DNA of 64,000 bases from an uncultured archaeon (GTDB lineage Archaea > Aenigmatarchaeota > Aenigmatarchaeia > QMZP01 > JACQNV01), in the NCBI GenBank assembly GCA_964631205.1, contig CAZVWU010000005.1, positions 19,711 to 83,710 of the forward strand. The letters are read 5' to 3'. The translations under genes and the position numbers were made by a program. Within the stretch, counting starts at the first letter, position 1. Each line of letters opens with the position of its first letter. Below the pieces are notes generated by a model, which did not search any database, was not told where the DNA came from, and saw nothing but the letters and a program-made list of their open reading frames with translations. Shown here in pieces: positions 36,255 to 45,891 of the stretch.

Positions 36255-36324
36255 TTTTGGGGGTTCGGCCCTTTCCTAAAGGGCTGATTCTAGTGCAGGT
36301 TTTTGCCGTGGCAAAAAAGTGCTA
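36255..36324 (+). repeat. Adjacent H3 and H1 hairpin elements
   Basis: TTTTGGGGGTTCGGCCCTTT CCT AAAGGGCTGA then TTCTAGTGCAGGTTTTTGCC GT GGCAAAAAAGTGCTA; the CTA is the stop of 36322..38313. Confidence 0.85.
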
Positions 36325-38313
36325 GTGTTTCCTTTTGATCAAAACAAATACAACTATTACCACAATAACTATCACTGCGATTATTCCAAGCAATAGTGTG
36401 TTTGAACCTGCTGCTGGAGTTGTTGGGGCTGTTGTTGCTGCTGGAGTTGTTGTGCCTGCCGGGGCTCCTGTGGTTGGTGGAGTTGTTGTTGTCTGTGGTT
36501 GTTCGGCTGCTGCTACTGCCTCTTTCTTTGTCACAACAAATATTGAGAATCCTGGGGTTGTAGCCTTGAATTTGCCTCCGCCAAGGGATTGTGTTGAGAG
36601 TTCATTCCATTTCCCGTCTGCAAACCTTGCTAGCACAACATCTGCGGCTTTCAAGTTGTTTGTTGAGAGCTCTGCATCTGTGAGGCTAAATTCTATTGTT
36701 GCCTGCTTTACTGCAGCAGAAAGGACTGTTGAAGGCGTGACCTGGATGACTTTCACTATAGGCTGTGCTGCTGATGGCAAGGCTGTCAATGCTTGGCCTT
36801 TGTCGTCTGAAATTGGTATTTTATCAAGAGCTCTGATCTCCACTGTCGCATCGGCTACTGAGACATCTTTTGTGACTTCAACCTGTATCTTTTCGACAGA
36901 AGATTTTGATGCTACATCTGCTGGGACAGCCAGTTCAACAGGGGCTGCTGTAGTCAAAGGTGCTGTGACTGTGAGGGTTGTTGAGGCCAGGACTGTGGAG
37001 GTTGATGAAGGCGTTGACTGTGAAGTGGATGAAGTGCCTCCAGTGCTGCTAGTCAATTCGGCATATTTGATTTTGAATGTGGCTGTTTTTGTTACAGAAT
37101 TGCCTGCCCTGTCTGTTTTTGTGAATGTCGCTTTGTATTCGCCTACATCTGATGTGTCTGTGAAGTCATTCCCGCAGTTGTGGGTTACTTTGGTTCCTGT
37201 TGGCTTCTCTATTGAGATTGACTGGTCAGCTGAATCAAGGCCTGATGTGACGTCTGATGATGAGCATGTAAGGTCATCTTTGGATATGGTATTGCCTTTA
37301 TTGGTATCGGTGCTTGGCACTGTTAGGGTTGCTGAAGGGGATGTTGCGTCGTTTGTGATTGTGTATGTTGAGGCGTTCGCCACCTGGTTATTCGAGACAT
37401 CTGTGGCAAATACTGTGAAGTTGTGGATACCATCAGGCATACCTCCAAGAGAGAGTGTTGCAGTGGAGCTTGAGCCTCCGCTCGCTATTGTCATGCTTGC
37501 GTTGGATATTGTCTTGTTGTTGCCGAACCCTATGGAGAGGTTTACAGAGACTGGGTTTGTCTCGTTGAAATCGACTTTAAAGTCATTTGTTGTGTTGGTT
37601 GTGTTGGTGTTGTTGGCCCTTGTGCCGCCTGTATACCTTACAGCATTAGGCGCGATTGTGTCGTTTACATAGAAAGTGACATTTGTCTGGTTTATAACGC
37701 CGCTCCCGCCGCCATCATCTATCAATGTGACTGTCATGTTCAATGAGTTGTTTGTAGGTATTGTCCTGCCGCCTGGAACCTTTAACCTCACAGCTATGTA
37801 TATTGTGCCTGAAGTGTTAACAAGTGGAGGTACGCCCCATGCGCCTGCTGAAGAATTGACTCTTGTTGTATTGAACCATGTAAGGTTGACTAGCTGGCCG
37901 ACTGTTACATTAGTGAAGCCTATTCCGTTAAATGAACCTGCTGTGCCTTGTGCTGATGCGCTTGCATTTTTCAGAGTCTCTGATGAGAAATTACCTAGGA
38001 ATTCAAAACCCGGAGGCAGTGTTATGTTTATCTGTGTGATATTCCTGACATTGCTTGCCACATCAGTGCCTAAAACTTTTATAGAGAGGTTTAAAGTTAC
38101 GTTGTCGCCGCCGGATTCGAGGAATGTGACGTTTCTCCCTGAATCAGCAATGGTAAAAGTCTGGAACCCCGTTGTGTTTATGCCTGAAACAACGAACTGG
38201 TTGCCTTCTTTGGCAGCGCTGATATAATTGACAAAAAGAGATAGGCTTACTAATAGTACTAATGCAGAGAGTAAAATCAAAACAGGTTTTGTGGCTCCTT
38301 TTAAATTATTCAT
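36322..38313 (-). CDS. PGF-pre-PGF domain surface glycoprotein
   Basis: Signal peptide, many N-x-S/T sequons, Ig-like domains, ATTPGFSIFVV, Thr/Pro linker, C-terminal TM. Confidence 0.85.
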   Translation of the reverse strand: MNNLKGATKPVLILLSALVLLVSLSLFVNYISAAKEGNQFVVSGINTTGFQTFTIADSGRNVTFLESGGDNVTLNLSIKVLGTDVASNVRNITQINITLPPGFEFLGNFSSETLKNASASAQGTAGSFNGIGFTNVTVGQLVNLTWFNTTRVNSSAGAWGVPPLVNTSGTIYIAVRLKVPGGRTIPTNNSLNMTVTLIDDGGGSGVINQTNVTFYVNDTIAPNAVRYTGGTRANNTNTTNTTNDFKVDFNETNPVSVNLSIGFGNNKTISNASMTIASGGSSSTATLSLGGMPDGIHNFTVFATDVSNNQVANASTYTITNDATSPSATLTVPSTDTNKGNTISKDDLTCSSSDVTSGLDSADQSISIEKPTGTKVTHNCGNDFTDTSDVGEYKATFTKTDRAGNSVTKTATFKIKYAELTSSTGGTSSTSQSTPSSTSTVLASTTLTVTAPLTTAAPVELAVPADVASKSSVEKIQVEVTKDVSVADATVEIRALDKIPISDDKGQALTALPSAAQPIVKVIQVTPSTVLSAAVKQATIEFSLTDAELSTNNLKAADVVLARFADGKWNELSTQSLGGGKFKATTPGFSIFVVTKKEAVAAAEQPQTTTTPPTTGAPAGTTTPAATTAPTTPAAGSNTLLLGIIAVIVIVVIVVFVLIKRKH

Positions 38314-38530
38314 GGAAACCTCTATAGCACATTATATGTTTTGTTTCGAAGATATATAAACATTATTTTGGATGGACACCTATATAAGTATTTTTATTTC
38401 TTTGCCCAGGTTTGTCCCTTTTCTTGCATTAATTAAGATTATAGTTTGCTTGCTTATAAATTTAACCTGGGAGCTTATATGGCCTTAGTCATTTTTATAT
38501 TTTATTCATTCTTACGTTAATTACTTATTA

Positions 38531-38571
38531 TTTTCTAGTGCAGGTCTTTTGCAAGAGCAAAAGAAGTGCTA
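38531..38571 (+). repeat. Hairpin element H1 encoding the last residues of the LamG gene
   Basis: TTTTCTAGTGCAGGTCTTTTGC AAGA GCAAAAGAAGTGCTA; minus strand reads STSFALAKDLH*. Confidence 0.88.
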
Positions 38572-40796
38572 TTATTTAGTAATATATAAGGTTCTAAGAA
38601 ATTGTAGGCTAATTCCCCTTCTTTCTGGCGGACACTGATAATGATCCTATCGCCCACTTCCAGGCTTCTATATAGCTGGTTGCCGTTAAAGAATTTTATT
38701 TGAATTTCGCTTTCTGCTGTTTCAGCGTCATCTGCCAGTGTTATAAGCTTGTTTTGGCATTCACACTCATCCACATTGCCTGCACACTCCAAGCAGGCAT
38801 CCTTTGATTTTATTGTGCCTTGCAAGGAAACAGATTTGCAGGAATATTCTTCTGTTGATCCTAAATACTCGCCCACTGTTAAGGTTTTGCTGGTTTTTTC
38901 AGGCATTCTTTTCGACAGCCTTTCAATTTCAGCCAGGCCAAGCGGCCTGTCATATACGCTTACTTCATCCACAAGCCCGCCAAAGTAATCCTTGTTTAGG
39001 CTGCTCCAGGAGCTTCCGCCTATGACGATGTAAGAGCCGTTCAGGTCTGGCTGGAGCTCTGAGTCAAGCTCCGCCTTCAACTGAGCGTTTAAATAAATGC
39101 TCGTTTTCTGGAATTCCAGAACTGCTGCAAGATGAGACCATCCTCCAGAAATATTTTCATATTCCCCAGCCGCAAACTGGTAAAACGCTTCCAGAGTCGT
39201 ATTCTGGCCTGTGTAATTTGAACTCTGGTAGGATCTTATGCCAATCCCGGTTCTATTGGCAAAAATAAGGGATTGTGGTGGTCCTGAACCTCCCTTTGGA
39301 CCGAGCAGCTGCAGGATAGTCTGTTGGCTTATATTTTTAGGCAGATTAAACCATAGGTCAACAGAAAACTGGTTCTGGTCAGGCAGCAAAAGGGGGACAT
39401 CTATATAACTGGAATTAAAGCCGGCTGCCATCCCGAACTGGCCAAGGATTTTTTTAATTTGCGGCGCCTCCTGGGTGTCATTGGTTATGGAATCTGTGAG
39501 TATTCCGTCTTCTTCGCTGAAAGAAAAAAGGTGTATCCTTTCCTTTATGTCATATACCTTTGTAAGGTCATCAGCCTTTTCATGCTGCTTAAATATTGCC
39601 ATCAGGTCTTCCTTGGACAGCCTGCCTTTGTAGATTTGGATGTCGTCTATAAGGCCGTTGAATGTGGTGGATGGGGGCATCCCGCCTATAAAAAGACCGT
39701 TCTCCCCTGAAATCTTTATCGGGCCTTTAAACTCTTTTTCGTCCTCCAGGCTTCCGTTAATATAAAGCCTGGCCTTTTCGCCGTCCCAGACAGCCGCAAC
39801 AAATAACCAGCTATTGAGGGGGGTCTCATTTTTTGAAAAAATTTCAACTCTGGCTCCATCCCCTTCAGCAGCAAATTGCAGCCTTGGAATTTTTTCATCT
39901 TTTACTAAAAGCAAGCTGTAGGCTGCCTTAAATGGTTGAAGCTGATCCTGCTCGTGGGGTTTTGCGATTATTGTTTGGGGTCCGCTCCCTTCTGCGGAAA
40001 CAAGATATATCCATCCTAGCAGCGCAAGGCCGTCGTTTATGTCTGCAGCGAAATTTTGGTTGTCATCAACTTTTACAAAATCCCCAACACCATCAAAAAA
40101 AAGTGCCTGATTCTCCACTCCTTTCATGAGCCTTTTTTCTGCTTCACAGCTGGGATAGGGATCGCTCTCGAGGTTCCCAAGGACTCCATTATTTTGATTT
40201 CCAGAAACGTCATTTATTTGGATGCCATCCAAATCCTCTTCATCGAATGCAAGCCTTAATGTCAGCATGGGTTTGGTTTCCTTTTCTACCTCAGGCCTCG
40301 AAAAGGTTGAAACATCTATAGAAAGCTTCAAAACAGCTTCACTATCGTAGATCTCTATAAGCTTCCCGTTGGGAAAATAAGGCAGCTGCAGAGTCAGGTA
40401 TGTCTCTTCCAGCTCGCCGGCGCCAAAATCAAATGCAAAAAGCCCGAGCTCAAACCTAGAGATATCCAGGACTTCCCCGTCTTCAGAAATAGTTTTTGCT
40501 GTGTAAGCGACTTCTGGGTCTAGGAATTTTTCCAGGCCCTTATTGGGCGCAGAGCCCTCGATGATCCTTGTTCCCTGCTCAACCAGTTCCCCGCTGTTGT
40601 AATAAAGCCCAATAGAATATAATAAAATTTCGTCCTCATATGATTTGGATGGCTCGGACAGCTCGGCTGGCTCAGCAGAAAACCCGCCTTCCGGGATTAT
40701 TTGGTGGCCTGTAATTTGAAGGTTATAAAGGATTAAGGCTAGCAATATTGAAACAATTGACAAGCCCGCTATCATTGCTAGTTTTTTGGATTCCAT
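38535..40796 (-). CDS. LamG/concanavalin-like domain surface protein (two LamG domains)
   Basis: Likely start 40796; FDGVGDFV, WLFVAAVWDG..LYING, FNGLIDDIQIY, FGGLVDEVSVY. Confidence 0.85.
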   Translation of the reverse strand: MESKKLAMIAGLSIVSILLALILYNLQITGHQIIPEGGFSAEPAELSEPSKSYEDEILLYSIGLYYNSGELVEQGTRIIEGSAPNKGLEKFLDPEVAYTAKTISEDGEVLDISRFELGLFAFDFGAGELEETYLTLQLPYFPNGKLIEIYDSEAVLKLSIDVSTFSRPEVEKETKPMLTLRLAFDEEDLDGIQINDVSGNQNNGVLGNLESDPYPSCEAEKRLMKGVENQALFFDGVGDFVKVDDNQNFAADINDGLALLGWIYLVSAEGSGPQTIIAKPHEQDQLQPFKAAYSLLLVKDEKIPRLQFAAEGDGARVEIFSKNETPLNSWLFVAAVWDGEKARLYINGSLEDEKEFKGPIKISGENGLFIGGMPPSTTFNGLIDDIQIYKGRLSKEDLMAIFKQHEKADDLTKVYDIKERIHLFSFSEEDGILTDSITNDTQEAPQIKKILGQFGMAAGFNSSYIDVPLLLPDQNQFSVDLWFNLPKNISQQTILQLLGPKGGSGPPQSLIFANRTGIGIRSYQSSNYTGQNTTLEAFYQFAAGEYENISGGWSHLAAVLEFQKTSIYLNAQLKAELDSELQPDLNGSYIVIGGSSWSSLNKDYFGGLVDEVSVYDRPLGLAEIERLSKRMPEKTSKTLTVGEYLGSTEEYSCKSVSLQGTIKSKDACLECAGNVDECECQNKLITLADDAETAESEIQIKFFNGNQLYRSLEVGDRIIISVRQKEGELAYNFLEPYILLNNSTSFALAKDLH

Positions 40797-40867
40797 ACAT
40801 ATGGCACTCTTTGCTAAACTTGGATGAAACAGATTTTCCAATCAATCTGTGTAAAATCTGTTTCGGC

Positions 40868-43816
40868 TTATTTGTACCTGGATAATAAACTTAGCATATA
40901 TTTCATGCTTACTGGGCCAAAGGTTATTGGCTCAGCTTCTACAGACCGCATCACTGAAATTTCTGTAGGCCTGATATTATCGTCTGTAAAGCTGCATCCC
41001 CTGTAAAACCCCACAACCCCTTTATCGAACTGGACTTTGATATTCCCGCTTGGATCCTTTGATATGAGGCTGCTTTCTATATAATTCTCGCTGCCCCAGA
41101 GGGCGACTGCCTCTTCTGCGTTCTTGGCGCAGTTTGGCCTTGCTGGTTTTTTCCCGCCTCCCTGTTCAGTATACTCGTCTGCCAACCTAAAGATTACATG
41201 GCCAAGCTCATGCAAAAGCCTTGAGACAATCCTGTCCTTCGAATAGGTCTCTGATATAAAAACGAGGTTTCCCACGCTAAATGACCTAAAAGGGATTTGG
41301 GAAACAACTATTGCATAGTCTGCATTAGGGCACTGTTGGGAAATGGCTTTGTTTGCAGACTGTATATTATTTACTATATTGCCTATATCTGCAGGGTTTA
41401 CCAGCATATTCCCTTGGGAAGGGACGATCCATAAATTGAATTTCTCTTTGTTGGATTTGAAAGGCTCTACGCCGAATATGCCTTGCTTTTCAGTGTCATC
41501 ATAAGATGCCCAGCCCATTATTTTCTCTTTAAACCCTGCACCATCTATGTTTCCATCATAAAGGAATGCTATATCCAGTTTGCTGCCTAGTGAGCCGCTG
41601 TCTATTATCTTTTTGCAGGAGGGTATCTTTATGCACAGGGCTGCATCGGGCTTGCACTTCTCCCCTTGCTGGCAGTCATTGTCTGCACGGCACCTTCTCG
41701 CAGCAATATTGGAACCGGAATATATTTTAAGCTCATCAAAGAATATTTTTCCCCCATCAAAGCCCTGCAGGACTGGATACAATGCAGTTGGAGGGATGGC
41801 TGTTTCTTTGCCTTTCAGCTCCCCATTAATAAAGAAAGAGGCTTCCAGCTCTTCGCCTGCTGTTTTGGCAAGGATAATTTGGATCTGCATCCACTCGTCA
41901 ACAGGCATATTGGAGGAATAAATTTCATGATCCCTGTCCCGTCCTTTCACTACAATCCCTATGCCTTTTTTCCCGAGAATTAGCGCGATAAACTGGTTTC
42001 CATTATCTGGACTATCAGACATATTAAAAATATAATTTTCCCCTTTCTCGAATTTAGGGTTCTCAGATATTTTCAGGGAAAATGTTGCTGCAAATTCTGG
42101 CCCTGTTATGTCTAGCTCTTTGCCTCGTACATAACTTCCTGTGCTGTCGAGCAGGATGGCATGTTTGCTTACACCTGCTGCCCACTTGGCCTGATTCATC
42201 TGGCCTGAGTTCCCAAAATCTGAAAGGTCAGAGATCACATCTCCGCGCCCCTCATCCATCCTCCAATCCAATACAACCTCTGCTGGATTTTTTGCAGAAG
42301 AATAAAGCGATTTTATTTCAGCTTCAGCCAAAGCTGTGTTGTAGATTTGGATGTCATCTATAAGGCCGTTGAAAAATCCATAGGAACCGCCGCCAACCAC
42401 AATGTCAAGCTTTTCGGATAAAAAGATTGGCTGCTCTTCTGAAATTTTGGCTTCACCATTGAGATAAAGTGACGAAAGGGATTCTTCATCTGTCCTTTTT
42501 GAGACAAAAACTATGTGCGCCCATCCTTTATTGGGGTTGACATAGAAAGGCTTGTTTTTGTACACAAAACCTATGCCTGAACGGTCAATAATCATCCTTA
42601 AATCGTCGGCTGAGCGCAGAGACATGATTTCTTGGGTCGCCGAAGGGAGATCCTTCGGTATCCTTATCCAAAACGCCAGGCTGATATCGTCCCCAGCCAC
42701 ATCTAACGGTTTGTCCAACACTATAAGGTCGTCTATGCCGTCAAAGGCTAGGCCTCCCCTTCCATCCCTTCCAGCAACCTTGAAAACCTGCGAGCTGTTG
42801 ATCCCTTTTAGAGTCCCTTCATTTTTCTCTATGTCTGCAGATGAGTCTTTTATTGCAGAATCCTGGAGGCTGTCAAATCTCCATTCAAGGACCGTCCTTG
42901 GGCCTACAGATATGCAGCCCACTTTCTCGTAAATCTTTTTGTTTTCTTCCTGCGGTTCTTTCAAAACATTTTCAATATCCAGCTCAATGTCTATGCAGTA
43001 TTCGCCTGAAGAGGAAAAGAACAGGCCTTCGCCTGATATTTTTTCAGCAATTACTTCTCCCGGCTTAAGGTTAGAAGGATTTAAATAGAACTGCTTTTCT
43101 GTCACTTGGATGCCATCTTTTTTTATAACAAGATTGTTTGCTATCTGGCCGGAAAATGGATTGCCAGAATTTTTCACAAAGATTTTTATTTGGAACTGCT
43201 GGCCAGTATAAGCAGAAAAAAGTTTTGCACCATCTTGGCTGGCAAAATATGCATCCTCCAGGACGATATTGGATCCCTGTTGCGGTGTTGGGGGTTCTTC
43301 CTGATATTCGCAGCCATCCCCTCTCCAAACGCCCCCGGCAATTTCACATTCTTCTTTTGCATTGCAGGCCTTAAGGTTTGAAAAGCTGCAGCTTTCCTTT
43401 ACTGCCTTCACAAGGCATGGGGCTATATCTTGATGGAAGCATGCAGTGACGCTGGCGTCATTGGAAACAGTGTCGGTGAGACCTTGGGTGCAGAAAAGGC
43501 CGCCTGAGTTTTTACAGGATTCTTTTGTCCAGCAACCTTCCAAATGGTCTGCGGAACACTTTACCAGCTCCTCATCAAAAGGCATGCAGACCTGCGTTTT
43601 TGTGAGATACCCTGCCCTTTCGTCAGCAATTTCGACCGATTTTCCTTTGAATTTTATTTCGCATGTTGTCCTGTTGATTGTGGAAAATTGCTTTTTTGTT
43701 GAGGCGTAAAGTTTCTTTGTTTCTGATGCAGGGGCGGATGACAGGAAGTAGACAGAAAGAACACCTATGATTATAACCAAGACTAGGATAGGGACCAATA
43801 TTTTTATTGCAGCCAT
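40868..43816 (-). CDS. CARDB-like plus two LamG domains plus M64-like zinc metallopeptidase
   Basis: N-terminal TM, Cys repeats, FNGLIDDIQIY, EPFKSNKEKFN, HELGHVIFRLADEY, RPTEISVMR. Confidence 0.85.
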   Translation of the reverse strand: MAAIKILVPILVLVIIIGVLSVYFLSSAPASETKKLYASTKKQFSTINRTTCEIKFKGKSVEIADERAGYLTKTQVCMPFDEELVKCSADHLEGCWTKESCKNSGGLFCTQGLTDTVSNDASVTACFHQDIAPCLVKAVKESCSFSNLKACNAKEECEIAGGVWRGDGCEYQEEPPTPQQGSNIVLEDAYFASQDGAKLFSAYTGQQFQIKIFVKNSGNPFSGQIANNLVIKKDGIQVTEKQFYLNPSNLKPGEVIAEKISGEGLFFSSSGEYCIDIELDIENVLKEPQEENKKIYEKVGCISVGPRTVLEWRFDSLQDSAIKDSSADIEKNEGTLKGINSSQVFKVAGRDGRGGLAFDGIDDLIVLDKPLDVAGDDISLAFWIRIPKDLPSATQEIMSLRSADDLRMIIDRSGIGFVYKNKPFYVNPNKGWAHIVFVSKRTDEESLSSLYLNGEAKISEEQPIFLSEKLDIVVGGGSYGFFNGLIDDIQIYNTALAEAEIKSLYSSAKNPAEVVLDWRMDEGRGDVISDLSDFGNSGQMNQAKWAAGVSKHAILLDSTGSYVRGKELDITGPEFAATFSLKISENPKFEKGENYIFNMSDSPDNGNQFIALILGKKGIGIVVKGRDRDHEIYSSNMPVDEWMQIQIILAKTAGEELEASFFINGELKGKETAIPPTALYPVLQGFDGGKIFFDELKIYSGSNIAARRCRADNDCQQGEKCKPDAALCIKIPSCKKIIDSGSLGSKLDIAFLYDGNIDGAGFKEKIMGWASYDDTEKQGIFGVEPFKSNKEKFNLWIVPSQGNMLVNPADIGNIVNNIQSANKAISQQCPNADYAIVVSQIPFRSFSVGNLVFISETYSKDRIVSRLLHELGHVIFRLADEYTEQGGGKKPARPNCAKNAEEAVALWGSENYIESSLISKDPSGNIKVQFDKGVVGFYRGCSFTDDNIRPTEISVMRSVEAEPITFGPVSMKYMLSLLSRYK

Positions 43817-43970
43817 TAAAACACCTGCTATGAATAGTTTGTTTTCCGACAATTAAAATATAGAGTTGGACATAACTCTTTGGATTTTAAGAACGATTGT
43901 ATAGCTTATTCCAAAAAGTTATGTCATCCACTATAAGCATAGATTTATCCCTTCTATACAATATTTTATC

Positions 43971-44651
43971 ATGAGACTGGAAATCCCAGAACCCCTTGAT
44001 GCACTTTTTTCTGTGGAAGCAGGCTCTGTGGCTAATTTTTTCGGGGCTGCTGGGACAGGGAAGACAAATCTCTGCATCCTGCTTTCGCTTGACTGCGTGA
44101 GAAAAGGCGGGAAGGTAATTTACATTGATACAGAAGGCGGGTTTTCTGCTGAGAGAGTTAAACAGCTTGCTGGAAAGAATGATATTATTAATATACTAAA
44201 TAGTGTTGTTCTAATGGAGCCAAAAACTTTTGAGGAGCAAGGAAAGGCTATAAGAGGACTACAGAAAGATAAGTTTGATCTTATTATACTTGATTCTGCT
44301 GTGGCTTTGTACAGGCTGGAGCACTCAGACAGCAGCAAAACAGAGCTTTCTGAGCACAACAGGGAGCTGTCAAGGCAACTTTCGGTGCTTTCAGCGATTT
44401 CACGGGACAAAAAAATACCGGTGGTCTTGACTGCACACACATATAAAAATTGGGATACTGCTGAAGATGAAATTGTCGGGGGAGGCCCGTTAAAATATTG
44501 GTCAAAATCAATTATATTCCTTGAAAAAACCGGCAAAACTTCTGAAAGGAAGGCTACTATAATAAAACATAGGAGCGAGCCGGAGGGGAAATCTGTGAAA
44601 TTTATGATTGTTGAAGAGGGGATAAAGCCCAGCGGGTTTAAGATTTTCTAG
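43971..44651 (+). CDS. radB: DNA repair and recombination protein RadB
   Basis: GAAGTGKTN, YIDTEGGFS.ER, LDSAVALYR, KHR motif. Confidence 0.92.
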   Translation: MRLEIPEPLDALFSVEAGSVANFFGAAGTGKTNLCILLSLDCVRKGGKVIYIDTEGGFSAERVKQLAGKNDIINILNSVVLMEPKTFEEQGKAIRGLQKDKFDLIILDSAVALYRLEHSDSSKTELSEHNRELSRQLSVLSAISRDKKIPVVLTAHTYKNWDTAEDEIVGGGPLKYWSKSIIFLEKTGKTSERKATIIKHRSEPEGKSVKFMIVEEGIKPSGFKIF

Positions 44652-44703
44652 GGTCTTAAAGTTTATCAATATATATAATAGATAAAAGAAAATAAAAAAT
44701 AAT

Positions 44704-45756
44704 ATGATCACTCAAGAGCGAATTAAGGAAATGGAGAAGCAGGGATACAGGTTTGTGGGAAACCATTCTGCGATAAAGACATGCCTCTGGTGCAAAAAAG
44801 CTGTCAGGGGGGAGGACACCTGCTACAAGAATACTTTTTACAACATCAAGTCATGGAGATGCATAGAGGCGTCGGTTTCTGTTGACATCTGCAACCTGAG
44901 GTGCCAGTGGTGCTGGCGTGACATAGCTTATTCGAAGACAGTTTATGACAAGCTTGACGACCCAAGGCAGATTGTTGACGGGTTTATCAGGGAGCACAAA
45001 GAACTTTTGATGGGGTTTTGGGGGAATTCCAGTGTTGACAAAAAAAGGCTGTATGAGGCAATGGAGCCAAAGCATGTCGCATTAAGTCTCACAGGGGATG
45101 CGTGCCTTTATCCCAAGCTGCCGGAATTAATTTGGGAAATCCATAAAAGAGGGATGACTTCTTTTTTGGTTACAAATGGGACTCTGCCGAATATGGTGAG
45201 AAAATTAATTGACACTCCAATTACCCAGCTTTATATCACGCTGCCGGCCCCTGACAAAGAAACATATGAAAAAATGTGCGACCCGCTTCTTGAAAACGGC
45301 TGGGAGAAAATAATGGAGAGCTTGCAGCTCCTGAAATATTTCAAAAGGTCTGTGATAAGGCTGACGGTTGGGAAGGGAATGAACCTGTTTTCGCCGGAAA
45401 AATATGCTGAGATTATAAAAAATGTGGAGTTTGACTGGCTGGAAGTAAAGGCTGCGATGCCTATTGGTTTTGCGCAGTACAGGATGACAGCGGATAATTT
45501 TGCGACACATCAGGAGATTGTGGAATTTTCAAAAAAAATTGCAGGGCTTGCGGGGTTGGAAATTATTGATGAGAAAGAAAACAGCAGGGTTACTTTGTTG
45601 TCCAGAAAAGAAAGGGTTGACAGGAAATTAACATATGACTGGGACAAGCCTGAGTATGAGGAGTTCATAAAAAACCTGCCGGAATCAGGATGCGGAACAG
45701 GCGGGATCCATCAAGAAAAAGAAAGCCAGATTATACCGGTTTCTATGTTGGGATGA
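44704..45756 (+). CDS. taw1: 4-demethylwyosine synthase (radical SAM)
   Basis: HSAIKTCLWC, CYKNTFY.I.S.RC, CNLRCQWCWR, PKHVALSLTG, FLVTNG. Confidence 0.92.
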   Translation: MITQERIKEMEKQGYRFVGNHSAIKTCLWCKKAVRGEDTCYKNTFYNIKSWRCIEASVSVDICNLRCQWCWRDIAYSKTVYDKLDDPRQIVDGFIREHKELLMGFWGNSSVDKKRLYEAMEPKHVALSLTGDACLYPKLPELIWEIHKRGMTSFLVTNGTLPNMVRKLIDTPITQLYITLPAPDKETYEKMCDPLLENGWEKIMESLQLLKYFKRSVIRLTVGKGMNLFSPEKYAEIIKNVEFDWLEVKAAMPIGFAQYRMTADNFATHQEIVEFSKKIAGLAGLEIIDEKENSRVTLLSRKERVDRKLTYDWDKPEYEEFIKNLPESGCGTGGIHQEKESQIIPVSMLG

Positions 45757-45891
45757 TAGATTTTATTAATAAATTCCTCTTTTTTTTCCTGTAGAATTTC
45801 ACAAGATGTATTTTGTGATGAATTTAAATCCTGATATAATTCTGCTTTTTCCCTGCAGAGGTGAATTTAAATCCGGATGATAATTATTGGT

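Noticed and set aside
31286..38227. Long plus-strand ORFs (294, 445 and 183 aa and others) opposite the adhesin genes
   Set aside because: Antisense shadows of Thr/Ser/Ala-rich coding sequence with no independent motifs
23483..38571. CRISPR array or classical integron attC sites
   Set aside because: Copies are kilobases apart with variable interiors, lack GTT/AAC core sites, and no cas or intI gene is present
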